Translations under genes and position numbers: made by a program | DNA from: Eubacteriales bacterium | GTDB lineage: Bacteria; Bacillota; Clostridia; Oscillospirales; CAG-382 | Reading direction: 5' to 3' | Length of the DNA: 58,544 nucleotides | NCBI GenBank assembly: GCA_045578045.1 | Contig: JAZNJM010000041.1 | Span: 1-58,544 of the forward strand | The notes under the pieces: model-generated | Databases searched by the model: none | What the model saw: the letters and a program-made list of their open reading frames with translations, nothing else | What the model was told of the DNA's origin: nothing | Shown: piece after piece, positions 27,084 to 37,010 of the stretch | How positions within the stretch are numbered: position 1 is the first letter of the stretch | Layout: each line of letters opens with the position of its first letter

Positions 27084-27731
27084 ATGTTAGCTCCACACGA
27101 ATTAAATAAGTCTTTTCAAAAATCTGTTATGGGATACAATCAAAACGAAGTGGACAACCATATTCGTTTTATTATTGAAAAGTACACAGAAGTATATAAT
27201 GCAAACACAGAGCTTGAACAAAAGCTGAAAACTGTCCTCGCAAAATTAGAAGAATTGAAAGCGGAAGAAGATTCTATACGAGGCACTTTAATAAAATCTC
27301 AAAACATTGGAGAAAAAATTATTAAAGATGCAAAAGAACGTGCAGATATAATTCAAGGCTCTGTTGAAGAATCCTGCAATGAAATAATTGCAAAATTCAG
27401 AAGTCAGCTTAATGCTGAAAAGAATGAGCTTTTAAATATGAGAGCTTCTATTCTTGAATTCAGAAAAGAAATTTATGATATGTATAAGGCTCATATTTAC
27501 GAGCTTCAAAACCTTCCAATCGGAGCTCTTGAAGAACTTGTTCTTCCTGAAAATTCGACAATCATCAATTCGGTTTATAAATCCTCTGCTGAAAAAATAA
27601 AGTTATATGATGAGAGCAAAAACGGAACTTCTGTCTCGGACGAATCTGAAAAGTCTTCACCCTCTTCTGAAGAATCTTCTGATTCTGATGATATTCTTTC
27701 TTTTTTGAATACCTCTCAAAAAAATGATTAG
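27084..27731 (+). CDS. divIVA: DivIVA domain protein
   Basis: MLAPHEL.KSF.KSVMGYNQNEVD followed by a coiled coil. Confidence 0.8.
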   Translation: MLAPHELNKSFQKSVMGYNQNEVDNHIRFIIEKYTEVYNANTELEQKLKTVLAKLEELKAEEDSIRGTLIKSQNIGEKIIKDAKERADIIQGSVEESCNEIIAKFRSQLNAEKNELLNMRASILEFRKEIYDMYKAHIYELQNLPIGALEELVLPENSTIINSVYKSSAEKIKLYDESKNGTSVSDESEKSSPSSEESSDSDDILSFLNTSQKND

Positions 27732-27783
27732 TTTTTCAGAATCTTAAATAATTGCAAAATTTAACCCAAAAGGAAAGCAGAAA

Positions 27784-28344
27784 ATGGCTTTATCGGCTAT
27801 AATAATAGTATTATCAATTTTATTAGACCAAGTAACAAAAATTATTGCTCAGAATTATTTAAAAAATAATGCAGATATAACTGCTATTCCCGAAATTTTG
27901 AGCTTTTCTTACGTTGAAAACAAAGGTGCAGCTTTTGGTATTTTTTCCAATAACAGATGGGTATTTATGGTTTTCTCAACTATTGCCATAATTGCTATGC
28001 TTTATTTTCTTGCAACTAAAAAGAATTTGCATACTTTACTTATTGTCTCTCTCTCTATGCTTGTTGGAGGCGGTATTGGAAATATGATTGACCGCATTGC
28101 AAGAGGTTATGTTGTTGATTTTTTTAAATTTCTTTTTGTGAAATTTGCTGTTTTCAACGTTGCAGATTGCTTTGTTACTATTGGTGCTATAATACTTGCG
28201 GTTTATCTGTTGTTTTATTTTGACGAAGAATTTGAAAATTCAAAAAAATCATTGTCTGAATCAAAAGAATTAAATGTAAAGGAAGAATATGTTTCAATAG
28301 ATAATTCGGATTTTTCAAAAGGAGAAAAAGGAACGGATGAATAA
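27784..28344 (+). CDS. lspA: Signal peptidase II
   Basis: DQVTK, NKGAAFG, GGIGNMIDR, VVDF, FNVAD. Confidence 0.96.
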   Translation: MALSAIIIVLSILLDQVTKIIAQNYLKNNADITAIPEILSFSYVENKGAAFGIFSNNRWVFMVFSTIAIIAMLYFLATKKNLHTLLIVSLSMLVGGGIGNMIDRIARGYVVDFFKFLFVKFAVFNVADCFVTIGAIILAVYLLFYFDEEFENSKKSLSESKELNVKEEYVSIDNSDFSKGEKGTDE

Positions 28345-29308
28345 ATCTGAAAATACATCTTTTTTTGAGTCTTCCCCTTCTTTTGATGCATCGGATTCTG
28401 AGGTTTTGTTTTTTGACGTTTCTGAAAATGAAGATGGTATAAGAACAGATGTTTTTGTTTCTTCTAAAGTCGATAAAACAAGAAGCTATATACAAAAACT
28501 TGCAGATGAAGGCTTGATTTTAGTCAACGGAAAAGTTAAAAAGAAAAACTACAAGTTATCTAAAAGAGACGTTGTATCAATAACACTCCCTCCCCCCGTT
28601 GAAACTGAAATTCTTCCTGAAAATATTCCTCTAAACATTATTTTTGAAGACGAACATCTTCTTGTTGTTGACAAGCCTAAAGGAATGGTTGTTCATCCTG
28701 CACCATCATATTATTCAGGAACGTTAGTTAACGCTCTTATGTATCATTGTGGAGATTCACTTTCGGGTATAAACGGCTATATCCGCCCCGGAATCGTTCA
28801 CCGAATTGACAAAGATACCTCAGGTTTACTTATAGTTGCCAAAAGCGATATTGCTCATCACGGTCTTGCTGAACAAATTGCTGTTCATAGCTTTACGAGA
28901 ATATATGAAGCAATTGTTGTTGGAAATATTAAAGAAGATTCTTTTAAAATAGATCTTCCAATTGGAAGACATCCAACAGACAGAAAAAAAATGACGGTAA
29001 TATATGAAAATTCAAAAAATGCCGTTACTCACGTTGAAGTTATTTCAAGATTTGGAAGATACACCCATATAAGATGTAAACTTGAAACGGGAAGAACACA
29101 TCAAATAAGAGTTCATATGGCTCATATGGGACATCCCGTTTTAGGTGATGAAGTTTATGGAAAGGCTTCAAAAACTTTTCCAAAACTTAAAGGTCAATGC
29201 TTGTTGGCGAAATATATTTCATTTATTCATCCAATAACAAATGAAACTCTTTCTTTCACAGCAGAAATGCCTGATTATTTCACAAAAATTTTATCTGCCT
29301 TAAATTAG
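28337..29308 (+). CDS. rluD: RluA/RluD family pseudouridine synthase
   Basis: S4 domain, KPKGMVVHP, GIVHRIDKDTSG, LETGRTHQIRVH. Confidence 0.88.
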   Translation: MNKSENTSFFESSPSFDASDSEVLFFDVSENEDGIRTDVFVSSKVDKTRSYIQKLADEGLILVNGKVKKKNYKLSKRDVVSITLPPPVETEILPENIPLNIIFEDEHLLVVDKPKGMVVHPAPSYYSGTLVNALMYHCGDSLSGINGYIRPGIVHRIDKDTSGLLIVAKSDIAHHGLAEQIAVHSFTRIYEAIVVGNIKEDSFKIDLPIGRHPTDRKKMTVIYENSKNAVTHVEVISRFGRYTHIRCKLETGRTHQIRVHMAHMGHPVLGDEVYGKASKTFPKLKGQCLLAKYISFIHPITNETLSFTAEMPDYFTKILSALN

Positions 29309-29350
29309 TATTATATTTTAACCCTAAAAAACGAAAGGACAAACTCTTTT

Positions 29351-30190
29351 ATGAATAACAAAAGGTTATCTGAACTCAAAAAAATTTCATTGAATGCAAA
29401 ATTGCTTGCCCTTGAAGGTATTTTTAACGCCCAATCAGGACATCCCGGCGGATCACTTTCAGCTACAGATATTATGACTTATTTGTATTTTGAAAAAATG
29501 AAAGTTGATCCCAAAAATCCTAAAATGAATACGAGAGACAGATTTGTTCTTTCTAAGGGACATGCATGTCCTTCCCTTTATGCACTTCTTGCACTTAAAG
29601 GTTTTTTTGATACTTCTGAATTGAAAAATCTCAGAAAGCTCGGTTGTATGCTTCAAGGTCATCCTTGTATGAACGAAATTCCTGGTATTGATATGTCAAC
29701 CGGTTCTCTTGGTCAGGGTTTTTCTGCCGCTTGCGGAATTGCTCTTAAAGAAAAAAGAGAAAAACTCGGCTACAGAACTTATGCGTTAATTGGAGACGGT
29801 GAAGCACAAGAAGGTCAGGTTTGGGAAGCAGCAATGTTTGCATCTCACTATAAACTTTCAAAACTCACTCTTTTTGTTGACTCCAATAAGCTTCAAATTG
29901 ACGGCGAAGTTAAAAAAGTTATGAACCCAGGAAAATTTGAAGATAAATTTGCAGCTTTTGGGTGGCACGTTCAGACTATTAACGGACATTCTTTTAAAGA
30001 ATTGGAAAAAGCAGTTGAAGCCGCAGAAAAATCAACGTTACCCTCAGTTATAATATGCAAAACAGTTAAAGGCAAAGGTGTTTCCTATATGGAAAACAAC
30101 GCTGGATGGCACGGAAAAGCTCCAAAACAAGACGAATATGAATTGGCTGTATCAGAGCTTAAAGCTCAGCTTGAAGCCATTTCTGACTAA
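29351..30190 (+). CDS. Transketolase, N-terminal (TPP-binding) subunit
   Basis: SGHPGG, DRFVLSKGH, LQGHP, STGSLGQG, GDGE. Confidence 0.93.
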   Translation: MNNKRLSELKKISLNAKLLALEGIFNAQSGHPGGSLSATDIMTYLYFEKMKVDPKNPKMNTRDRFVLSKGHACPSLYALLALKGFFDTSELKNLRKLGCMLQGHPCMNEIPGIDMSTGSLGQGFSAACGIALKEKREKLGYRTYALIGDGEAQEGQVWEAAMFASHYKLSKLTLFVDSNKLQIDGEVKKVMNPGKFEDKFAAFGWHVQTINGHSFKELEKAVEAAEKSTLPSVIICKTVKGKGVSYMENNAGWHGKAPKQDEYELAVSELKAQLEAISD

Positions 30191-30225
30191 ATTCTGAAAG
30201 AGATTTACGAAAGGATTGAATCATT

Positions 30226-31155
30226 ATGGAAAAAATCGCAACTCGAACAGCCTATGGAAATGCTCTTAAAGATTTGGGCAGTAAATATAATTTCTACGTT
30301 ATGGATGCAGACTTATCATCATCAACTCAAACAGCAGTTTTTGGCAAAGCGTTTCCCGAAAGATTTATAAACTGTGGTATTGCAGAAGGAAATATGGCAT
30401 CTGTTGCCGCGGGAATTGCATCAACGGGAGTTCCGGTTTTCTTTTCCTCTTTTGCTATGTTTGCAACGGGAAGAGCTTTTGAACAGATAAGAAACTCTAT
30501 TGCATATCCAAAACTCAACGTTAAAATTTGTGCTTCTCACGCAGGTTTATCCGTTGGTGAAGATGGGGCTACGCATCAATGTATTGAAGATATTTCTTTA
30601 ATGCGTTCTATTCCGGGAATGACTGTTATTGTTCCCGCAGATGCAACTGAGGCATATGCCGCCATTGAAGCAATTTTACAATACAACGGACCTGTTTATC
30701 TCAGACTTGCCAGACTTGCAACACCCGTTTTATTTGATAAAAACGATTACAAATTTGAATTTGGAAAAGCAGTTTCTCTCAAAGAAGGAAAAGATACAAC
30801 AATTTTTGCAACAGGTATGATGGTAACAGAAAGTCTTCAGGCTGCCGAAATATTAAAAGAAAACGGAATAGATGCTGCGGTTGTTAATATCCACACAATT
30901 AAACCTATTGACAGAGAAACAGTTATTAAATATTCATCAAATAAAAGAAAGATTTTTACTGTTGAAGAACATACGATTATCGGTGGTCTTGGTGATGCAG
31001 TTTCAGAAGTTACTTCTTCCGAAGCTCCTTGTCTTGTATCAAAAATCGGTATAAACGATGTTTTTGGCGAAAGCGGTAAAGCCTTAGACGTTCTCGAAAA
31101 ATACGGTCTTTCTGCAAAAGGAATTGCAGAAAGAATTATATCTGAATTAAAATAA
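30226..31155 (+). CDS. Transketolase, C-terminal subunit
   Basis: ATR.AYG, GIAE, VGEDGATHQ, TIKPID, VEEH..IGGLG. Confidence 0.93.
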   Translation: MEKIATRTAYGNALKDLGSKYNFYVMDADLSSSTQTAVFGKAFPERFINCGIAEGNMASVAAGIASTGVPVFFSSFAMFATGRAFEQIRNSIAYPKLNVKICASHAGLSVGEDGATHQCIEDISLMRSIPGMTVIVPADATEAYAAIEAILQYNGPVYLRLARLATPVLFDKNDYKFEFGKAVSLKEGKDTTIFATGMMVTESLQAAEILKENGIDAAVVNIHTIKPIDRETVIKYSSNKRKIFTVEEHTIIGGLGDAVSEVTSSEAPCLVSKIGINDVFGESGKALDVLEKYGLSAKGIAERIISELK

Positions 31156-31193
31156 GTTTAGTTAGCAAACATTTTAACTTTATATTCAAGCTG

Positions 31194-31222
31194 AAAAAAT
31201 GTAGTTTACGCTACATTTTTTT
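31194..31222 (+). terminator. Intrinsic terminator after transketolase
   Basis: AAAAAATGTAG-tttacg-CTACATTTTTTT. Confidence 0.7.
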
Positions 31223-31254
31223 AGTATATTTTATAAACGAAGAAAGGAAACGAA

Positions 31255-32007
31255 ATGGCTGTTTTTAAAGAAATTTTTGATTATCTTGAATCTTTTTTTC
31301 CAAAATCAGACGCTGAACCTTGGGATCAGGACGGAATGGATATTTGTATAAATATGTTTTCTGAGATTTCAAAAATTGTACTCGCTTTAGACGTAACGTC
31401 ATCAGTTATTGACTATGCAAAAGAGATTGGAGCAAATCTTATAATAACACATCATCCTGTTCTTTTTGACAAAATGAACGTTATTAACGGTTCAACAGCG
31501 GAAGGAAAAAAGATAATTGCCCTTATTCAAAACGGTATCTCTTGCATTTCATATCATACAAGACTTGACAAGCACGAGGGAGGAGTTAACGATTCTCTTT
31601 GTAATAAGCTCGGATTAAAAAAAGACCATAGCTTATACAACGGTCTTGTTAACGTTTGCAATATAAAAGAAACCGATTTTGAATCATTCTGTATTCAAGT
31701 TGAAAAGTCTCTTGGAATTAAAGTAAGAGCATTTAACAACAACGGAAAGGCAAAAAAGATTGCTCTTTGTGGCGGTGGCGGTAAATCATGTATTGACGGA
31801 GCATATTTCGATGGTGCAGACACATATATAACGGGTGAAGTTGACCATATGGCTTTAATAAATTCTGCTGAATACGGTATAAACCTTATACTTGCATCTC
31901 ATTATCAAACAGAAGCTCTTGTTCTCCCCTATCTGAAAAGTGTTATAAATTCCAATTTCCCCGAAATTTCTGTTCATATAAAGGAATTAGAAGGATTGTC
32001 AAAATAA
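31255..32007 (+). CDS. Nif3-like dinuclear metal centre protein
   Basis: WD.DG, IITHHP, HTRLD..GGVND, YITGE, HYQTE. Confidence 0.9.
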   Translation: MAVFKEIFDYLESFFPKSDAEPWDQDGMDICINMFSEISKIVLALDVTSSVIDYAKEIGANLIITHHPVLFDKMNVINGSTAEGKKIIALIQNGISCISYHTRLDKHEGGVNDSLCNKLGLKKDHSLYNGLVNVCNIKETDFESFCIQVEKSLGIKVRAFNNNGKAKKIALCGGGGKSCIDGAYFDGADTYITGEVDHMALINSAEYGINLILASHYQTEALVLPYLKSVINSNFPEISVHIKELEGLSK

Positions 32008-32076
32008 AAAGATTTTAATAAGAATTGTTCAGTTAAACAGAATTTAGAATTATTCTTAAAACAAATAGAATATTTG

Positions 32077-32108
32077 AAAAGGGCGATTTTCGTCCTTTTT
32101 CTTTTTTT
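32077..32108 (+). terminator. Intrinsic terminator after the Nif3 gene
   Basis: AAAAGGGCGA-ttt-TCGTCCTTTT followed by a T-rich run. Confidence 0.7.
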
Positions 32109-32145
32109 AAATAATAAAAAACAACATTATATTTTAAAAAAGCTA

Positions 32146-32174
32146 TTGAAATTTAAAGGTTTTTGGTGTATAAT
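32146..32174 (+). promoter_or_regulatory. sigmaA promoter for gpmI
   Basis: TTGAAA-17 nt-TATAAT. Confidence 0.65.
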
Positions 32175-32214
32175 ACTAATTAGAAATATTATAAATAATG
32201 GGGGAAAATGGACA

Positions 32215-33849
32215 ATGAAAAAAAACATTTTCAACGGTGAAAAAAAGCCCGTTGTTGCTATCATAATGGACGGCATCGGATATACTGAAAGAAAAGAAGG
32301 AAACGCTATTGCAGCGGCATATACTCCAACTTTGGATATGTTATGGGAAAAGTATCCCAAATTTATGCTTAAAGCTCACGGAACAGCTGTTGGTCTTCCT
32401 TCTGACGATGATATGGGAAACTCAGAGGTTGGACATAACGCTTTAGGATCAGGACAAGTTTTTGCTCAAGGTTCTAAGCTTGTTTCCAACGCTATTGAAT
32501 CTGAAAAAATATTCGAATCAGAAACTTGGAAAAAAATCATTGAAAAAGGAACTACGGGAGGAACCGTTCATTATATCGGTTTATTCTCAGACGGAAACGT
32601 TCACTCTCATATAGACCACTTAAAAGCACTTATTAATAAAACAAAAAAAGATGGTGTTAAAAAGGTAAGAATTCACATTCTTCTTGATGGAAGAGACGTT
32701 GGTGAAACAAGTGCATTAGAATACGTTGTTCCATTTGAAGAATTTTTGTCTGACCTTCGTGATGATAGCTTTGACGTTAAAATTGCTTCAGGCGGCGGAA
32801 GAATGGTTATTACTATGGACAGATATGACGCAAACTGGGCAATGGTTGAAGCTGGTTGGAAAACTCACGTTTTAGGTGAAGGAAGAACGTTTGCTTCCGC
32901 AAAAGAAGCTATTGAAACGTACAGAGCAGAAACAGGTAAAATTGACCAAGACCTTCCCGCTTTCGTTATTGCAGAAGACGGAAAACCCGTTGGAACAATA
33001 AACGATGGAGATGCTGTTGTTTTCTATAATTTCAGAGGCGACAGAGCTATTGAAATTTCAAGAGCTTTTGAAGAAGAAAATCTTCCTTATTTTGACAGAG
33101 TGAGAGTTCCTGACGTTTTCTTTGCAGGTATGCTTGAATATGACGGAGATAAACATATTCCAAACAATTTCCTTGTTTCGCCTCCTGAAATAAGCAACAC
33201 TATGGGCGAATTTCTTGCAAAAAATAAGGTTTCTCAATTTGCAGCTTCTGAAACACAGAAATTTGGACACGTTACTTATTTCTGGAACGGAAACAGAAGC
33301 GGATATTTTGATGAAGAATATGAAGAATACGCTGAAATTCCTTCAGACATAGTTCCATTTGAACAACGTCCTTGGATGCAATGTGCTCTTATTACAGACC
33401 TTTTGATTGAAAAAATAAAATCAGGTAAATTCGATTTCCTCAGAGTTAATTTCCCCAACGGAGATATGGTTGGTCATACGGGTGATTTCAACGCTGCACG
33501 AATTAGTGTTGAAGCTCTTGATATTTGCCTTGCAAGAATCCTTAAAGCAGTTGATGAGGTTAAAGGTGTTGCTATAATAACCGCTGACCACGGAAATGCT
33601 GATGAAATGTTTGAGATTAACAAAAAAACAGGAAAGCCTTCTGTTGACTCAAACGGAAAAATAAAATCTAAAACAAGCCACACTCTTAACCCTGTTCCCC
33701 TTTATATATACGATAATTTCTACACAGACAATTATGAAACGGCTGAAATTGCTTCTCCAGGTCTTGCAAACGTTGCTGCAACGGTTGTTAATATGCTTGG
33801 ATTCGATGCCCCTGAAATGTGGGAATCTTCTTTGATTAACCTTAAATAA
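32215..33849 (+). CDS. gpmI: 2,3-bisphosphoglycerate-independent phosphoglycerate mutase
   Basis: MDGIG, MGNSEVGH, DGRD, NFRGDR, NGDMVGHTG, TADHGN, SHT; start at MKKNIF. Confidence 0.95.
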   Translation: MKKNIFNGEKKPVVAIIMDGIGYTERKEGNAIAAAYTPTLDMLWEKYPKFMLKAHGTAVGLPSDDDMGNSEVGHNALGSGQVFAQGSKLVSNAIESEKIFESETWKKIIEKGTTGGTVHYIGLFSDGNVHSHIDHLKALINKTKKDGVKKVRIHILLDGRDVGETSALEYVVPFEEFLSDLRDDSFDVKIASGGGRMVITMDRYDANWAMVEAGWKTHVLGEGRTFASAKEAIETYRAETGKIDQDLPAFVIAEDGKPVGTINDGDAVVFYNFRGDRAIEISRAFEEENLPYFDRVRVPDVFFAGMLEYDGDKHIPNNFLVSPPEISNTMGEFLAKNKVSQFAASETQKFGHVTYFWNGNRSGYFDEEYEEYAEIPSDIVPFEQRPWMQCALITDLLIEKIKSGKFDFLRVNFPNGDMVGHTGDFNAARISVEALDICLARILKAVDEVKGVAIITADHGNADEMFEINKKTGKPSVDSNGKIKSKTSHTLNPVPLYIYDNFYTDNYETAEIASPGLANVAATVVNMLGFDAPEMWESSLINLK

Positions 33850-33869
33850 TTTATATTTAGTCCTTCTTG

Positions 33870-33904
33870 TTCCAAAGGGGGAAAACGCCCCCTTTGGAAT
33901 TTTT
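33870..33904 (+). terminator. Intrinsic terminator after gpmI
   Basis: TTCCAAAGGGGG-aaaacg-CCCCCTTTGGAA-TTTTT. Confidence 0.75.
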
Positions 33905-33920
33905 AGTTTGGAGATAAAAA

Positions 33921-34643
33921 ATGATAAGTTCAATTCTACGAAACGGCTTAAATCAAGATACAATAGTATTATGTTTACTACTTATTCCTATAGTTCTTAT
34001 AAGTTTATCTCTTCACGAGCTTTGCCACGGATATGCGGCTTATTTATGTGGAGATAACACCGCAAGAAATTTAGGAAGACTTACGATGAATCCTCTCAAG
34101 CATCTTGATCCTATTGGTGCAATTATGTTTCTCTTTGTTGGTTTTGGTTGGGCTGTTCCCGTTCCTATTAACTCAAGAAACTTTAAAAATTTCAAAAGAG
34201 ACCTTTCTCTTGTTGCTCTTGCAGGACCGCTTTCAAATATTCTCCTTGCTTTTATTTGCATTGGATTAATGTTTATCGTTGGTAAATTTTCAGGAGTCTC
34301 AAACGAAATAAACAATATTACAATGTTGTTTTTTACTTTTTTCCATATGGCTGCTTCAATGAATATTGGTCTTGCAGTTTTTAATCTGATTCCAATCCCG
34401 CCTCTTGACGGCTCAAGAATTATTATTTCAATTCTTCCAAAAAAGCTTCTTGATTCATATTTAAAAGTTGAACAGTATTCAAGATTTGTATTTTTGGCTC
34501 TCGTTCTTTCTACTTGGATTCCCTTAAGCATTGGTCCCTTTTCAACTTTATCAGATTTAGTTTTTTTCCCAATAGAATGGCTCACAGATGGAATATATGG
34601 TTGTTTTTTTAAGTTCTATTCTTTGATTTTTAAATTCTTTTAA
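33921..34643 (+). CDS. Site-2 protease (M50) family protein
   Basis: HELCH, GRLTMNPLKH, AGPLSN, FNLIPIPPLDG. Confidence 0.92.
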   Translation: MISSILRNGLNQDTIVLCLLLIPIVLISLSLHELCHGYAAYLCGDNTARNLGRLTMNPLKHLDPIGAIMFLFVGFGWAVPVPINSRNFKNFKRDLSLVALAGPLSNILLAFICIGLMFIVGKFSGVSNEINNITMLFFTFFHMAASMNIGLAVFNLIPIPPLDGSRIIISILPKKLLDSYLKVEQYSRFVFLALVLSTWIPLSIGPFSTLSDLVFFPIEWLTDGIYGCFFKFYSLIFKFF

Positions 34644-34673
34644 GAATTCTCCGAAACAGAGGTTTTGTTTTTA

Positions 34674-35390
34674 ATGGAAGATTTTAAAATTGTACTTGAT
34701 ATTTACAATGGGCCTATTGAGCTTTTGCTTTCTTTGATCAGCAAACACGAAATTGATATTTTTGATATTCCAATAGCAACACTTGCAGATCAATATATGG
34801 CTGAAATAAATAAATTCAAAGAATTAAATCTTGATATAACAGCAGAATTTATTGAGATGGGTTCTTACCTTATGCTGATTAAATCTAAGATGCTTTTGCC
34901 AAGAGATGAAAAAGAACCCGATCCGAGAGCAGAGCTTGTTGACAGTCTTTTAGCTCATCAACAAGCAAAAGCAGCAAGTGAGCTTCTTTCAAAGCGTCTT
35001 GCCTTGTATTTCAACCGATATCCTAAAGAACCCGCCCCAACAGACGGAGTTTATACGGGAAAGGTTGCAATTTCTCTATTAAGAGATGCATTCGAAAGAA
35101 TGAGTCTCAGACGTTCTGTTATTGATTACAGAGAAGAAAAACAAGTTTTTTTTGATAAAATTGAAAAAGAACGGTATCATACGGTTGAATCAAAAACAAT
35201 GATTCTTTGTAAAAGATTAAACACACAGAAATCCGTTGAGTTTTATTCTCTTTTTCAAGATTCAGAATCAAACAATGAAATTATTGCTATTTTCCTTGCT
35301 CTTCTTGATATTATAAGACTTGGAATGGCATATATAATCAAAAACGGTGAGGAAGTTATCATACACGTTTCTGATGAAAACGAAGAATAA
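34674..35390 (+). CDS. scpA: Segregation and condensation protein A
   Basis: GPIELLL.LI, IFDIPI, IKSKMLLP, DPR.ELV, FLALL. Confidence 0.9.
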   Translation: MEDFKIVLDIYNGPIELLLSLISKHEIDIFDIPIATLADQYMAEINKFKELNLDITAEFIEMGSYLMLIKSKMLLPRDEKEPDPRAELVDSLLAHQQAKAASELLSKRLALYFNRYPKEPAPTDGVYTGKVAISLLRDAFERMSLRRSVIDYREEKQVFFDKIEKERYHTVESKTMILCKRLNTQKSVEFYSLFQDSESNNEIIAIFLALLDIIRLGMAYIIKNGEEVIIHVSDENEE

Positions 35391-35429
35391 AACAATAAAC
35401 TTAAAATTTTAAGAAAGGATATAGTTCAG

Positions 35430-36152
35430 ATGGCATATGAAGGAAAAATTGAAGCTGTTCTTTTTATAAGCGGAAACCCTGTTCATTTTGATAAGCTCTG
35501 CGAAATTTTCTCTCTTTCACCAAATGAAATGCTTTCTGAGCTTAAATCTCTTGAAAAACTTAAAGAGAAGGAAGAAAGCGGACTTTCTCTTATAAGAATA
35601 GATGGTGCTTATCAATTATGCACAAAGCAAGAAACTTCTGAATACGTTAAACGTTTTCTTGAAATGAAAAAAGCCCCTCCCCTTTCTAAAGCCGCTTTAG
35701 AGGTTTTAGCTATTACCGCTTACCATCAGCCCGTTACACGTTCATTTATTGAACAAGTAAGAGGAATAGATTCTTCTTCAATTGTTGCAGGACTTGAAGA
35801 CAAAGGTCTTATTGCTGAATGCGGTCATCTTGACGCACCCGGAAGACCTGCACTTTTCGTTACAACAGAGGCTTTTTTACGTTCTTTCGGTCTTGAATCC
35901 ATAGAAGATCTTCCCGAGCTTCCTAATGAATTTTCTTTGGACAACGGTCAGATGTCTTTGAATCTTTCAGAAGATAATAATTCTGAAATAAAGAAAGAAG
36001 AAAGTAACAGTAATTTGAATAGTGATACAATAGAAAATACACAAGCAAACGTTGAAACTGATTTAAACAACATACCCGAATCTAACATTTCATCTCAAAC
36101 AGCCGAAGAAAACGACAAAATAGACGAAAACGGAGATGACGTTCAATCTTAA
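35430..36152 (+). CDS. scpB: SMC-Scp complex subunit ScpB with acidic tail
   Basis: IEAVLF, LSKAALEVLA..AYHQPVTR..IEQVRG, PGRP..F.TT..FL..FGL. Confidence 0.94.
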   Translation: MAYEGKIEAVLFISGNPVHFDKLCEIFSLSPNEMLSELKSLEKLKEKEESGLSLIRIDGAYQLCTKQETSEYVKRFLEMKKAPPLSKAALEVLAITAYHQPVTRSFIEQVRGIDSSSIVAGLEDKGLIAECGHLDAPGRPALFVTTEAFLRSFGLESIEDLPELPNEFSLDNGQMSLNLSEDNNSEIKKEESNSNLNSDTIENTQANVETDLNNIPESNISSQTAEENDKIDENGDDVQS

Positions 36153-36154
36153 TT

Positions 36155-36829
36155 ATGAAGATTTTGTTTTCCATTTTATTATTTATTCTGTTAGTTATAT
36201 CCGTTTTAATGTGTTCAAAGCTCGTTTTTTCAATTAGATTTGACGGAAATCTCTTGCTTAAAATTCGACTTTTATTTTTGAGCTTTAAATTTCAAGTTCC
36301 AATTTTATATAGACCTAAAATTGAAAGTAAATCTTCCTCAGAATCAAAAAAAGAGCCTGAAACAAAAAAAACATCAAAAAAGAAGAAAAAATCAAAAAAA
36401 GAAAAAGAAAAAATTCCATTTCCAGGTGTTAAAAATACTCTTATTTTATTCAAAGACTCTATTGGAATAATAACGGATTTATTAAAAGGCTCATTCAGAC
36501 TTGAAAAGCTCCATTTTAAAGCCGTTGCGGCTTCAAAAGATGCGGCAACAACAGCAGAGCTATACGGAGTTTTATGTACCGTTGGTGCCGCCCTTCATCA
36601 ATTTGCTTCAAACGCAAAAGGAATTAAAGATAAAAACGTTTACGTTGAGATTATTCCCGATTTTATTGCTGAGACAGCAGATATATTTGGAGACATTAGG
36701 TTTTCAATCAGAGTTTTCAGAATTGCTATTCTTGGAAAAAATGCATTTTCAATTTACAACGCATACAAAAAACTTGCTTTATCCGTTGCTGAGGAAACAA
36801 ACGGAAAGGTTACAGAAACAAATAAATAA
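36155..36829 (+). CDS. DUF2953-like (YtfI-like) membrane protein
   Basis: N-terminal hydrophobic segment, Lys-rich linker, DAATTAELYG and PDF motifs; follows scpB. Confidence 0.6.
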   Translation: MKILFSILLFILLVISVLMCSKLVFSIRFDGNLLLKIRLLFLSFKFQVPILYRPKIESKSSSESKKEPETKKTSKKKKKSKKEKEKIPFPGVKNTLILFKDSIGIITDLLKGSFRLEKLHFKAVAASKDAATTAELYGVLCTVGAALHQFASNAKGIKDKNVYVEIIPDFIAETADIFGDIRFSIRVFRIAILGKNAFSIYNAYKKLALSVAEETNGKVTETNK

Positions 36830-36904
36830 ATTAGTATATAATTATGGGAAATATTCCCTTTAATAATATAAAAGACATACAGTAAAAGATTTTAAGAAAG
36901 GAAC

Positions 36905-36980
36905 ACGTCGGCACCAATCGCTATATGCGCAAAGTATGCCACGGCATTGAGAAATGATTGATTGCATACCAGCCGAACAG
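36905..36980 (+). ncRNA. Candidate structured RNA / leader upstream of pcrA
   Basis: GC-richer island with nested pairings TCGGC/GCCGA, GTATGC/GCATAC and CATT-GAGA-AATG. Confidence 0.3.
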
Positions 36981-37010
36981 ACCACTTTTAACAAACTTAA
37001 AAGGAATCTG

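Noticed and set aside
32074-32214. Extended gpmI N-terminus
   Set aside because: Region contains a terminator and a promoter; start placed at 32215
34040-34585. 181-aa minus-strand ORF
   Set aside because: Antisense to the M50 protease, with no recognisable motifs
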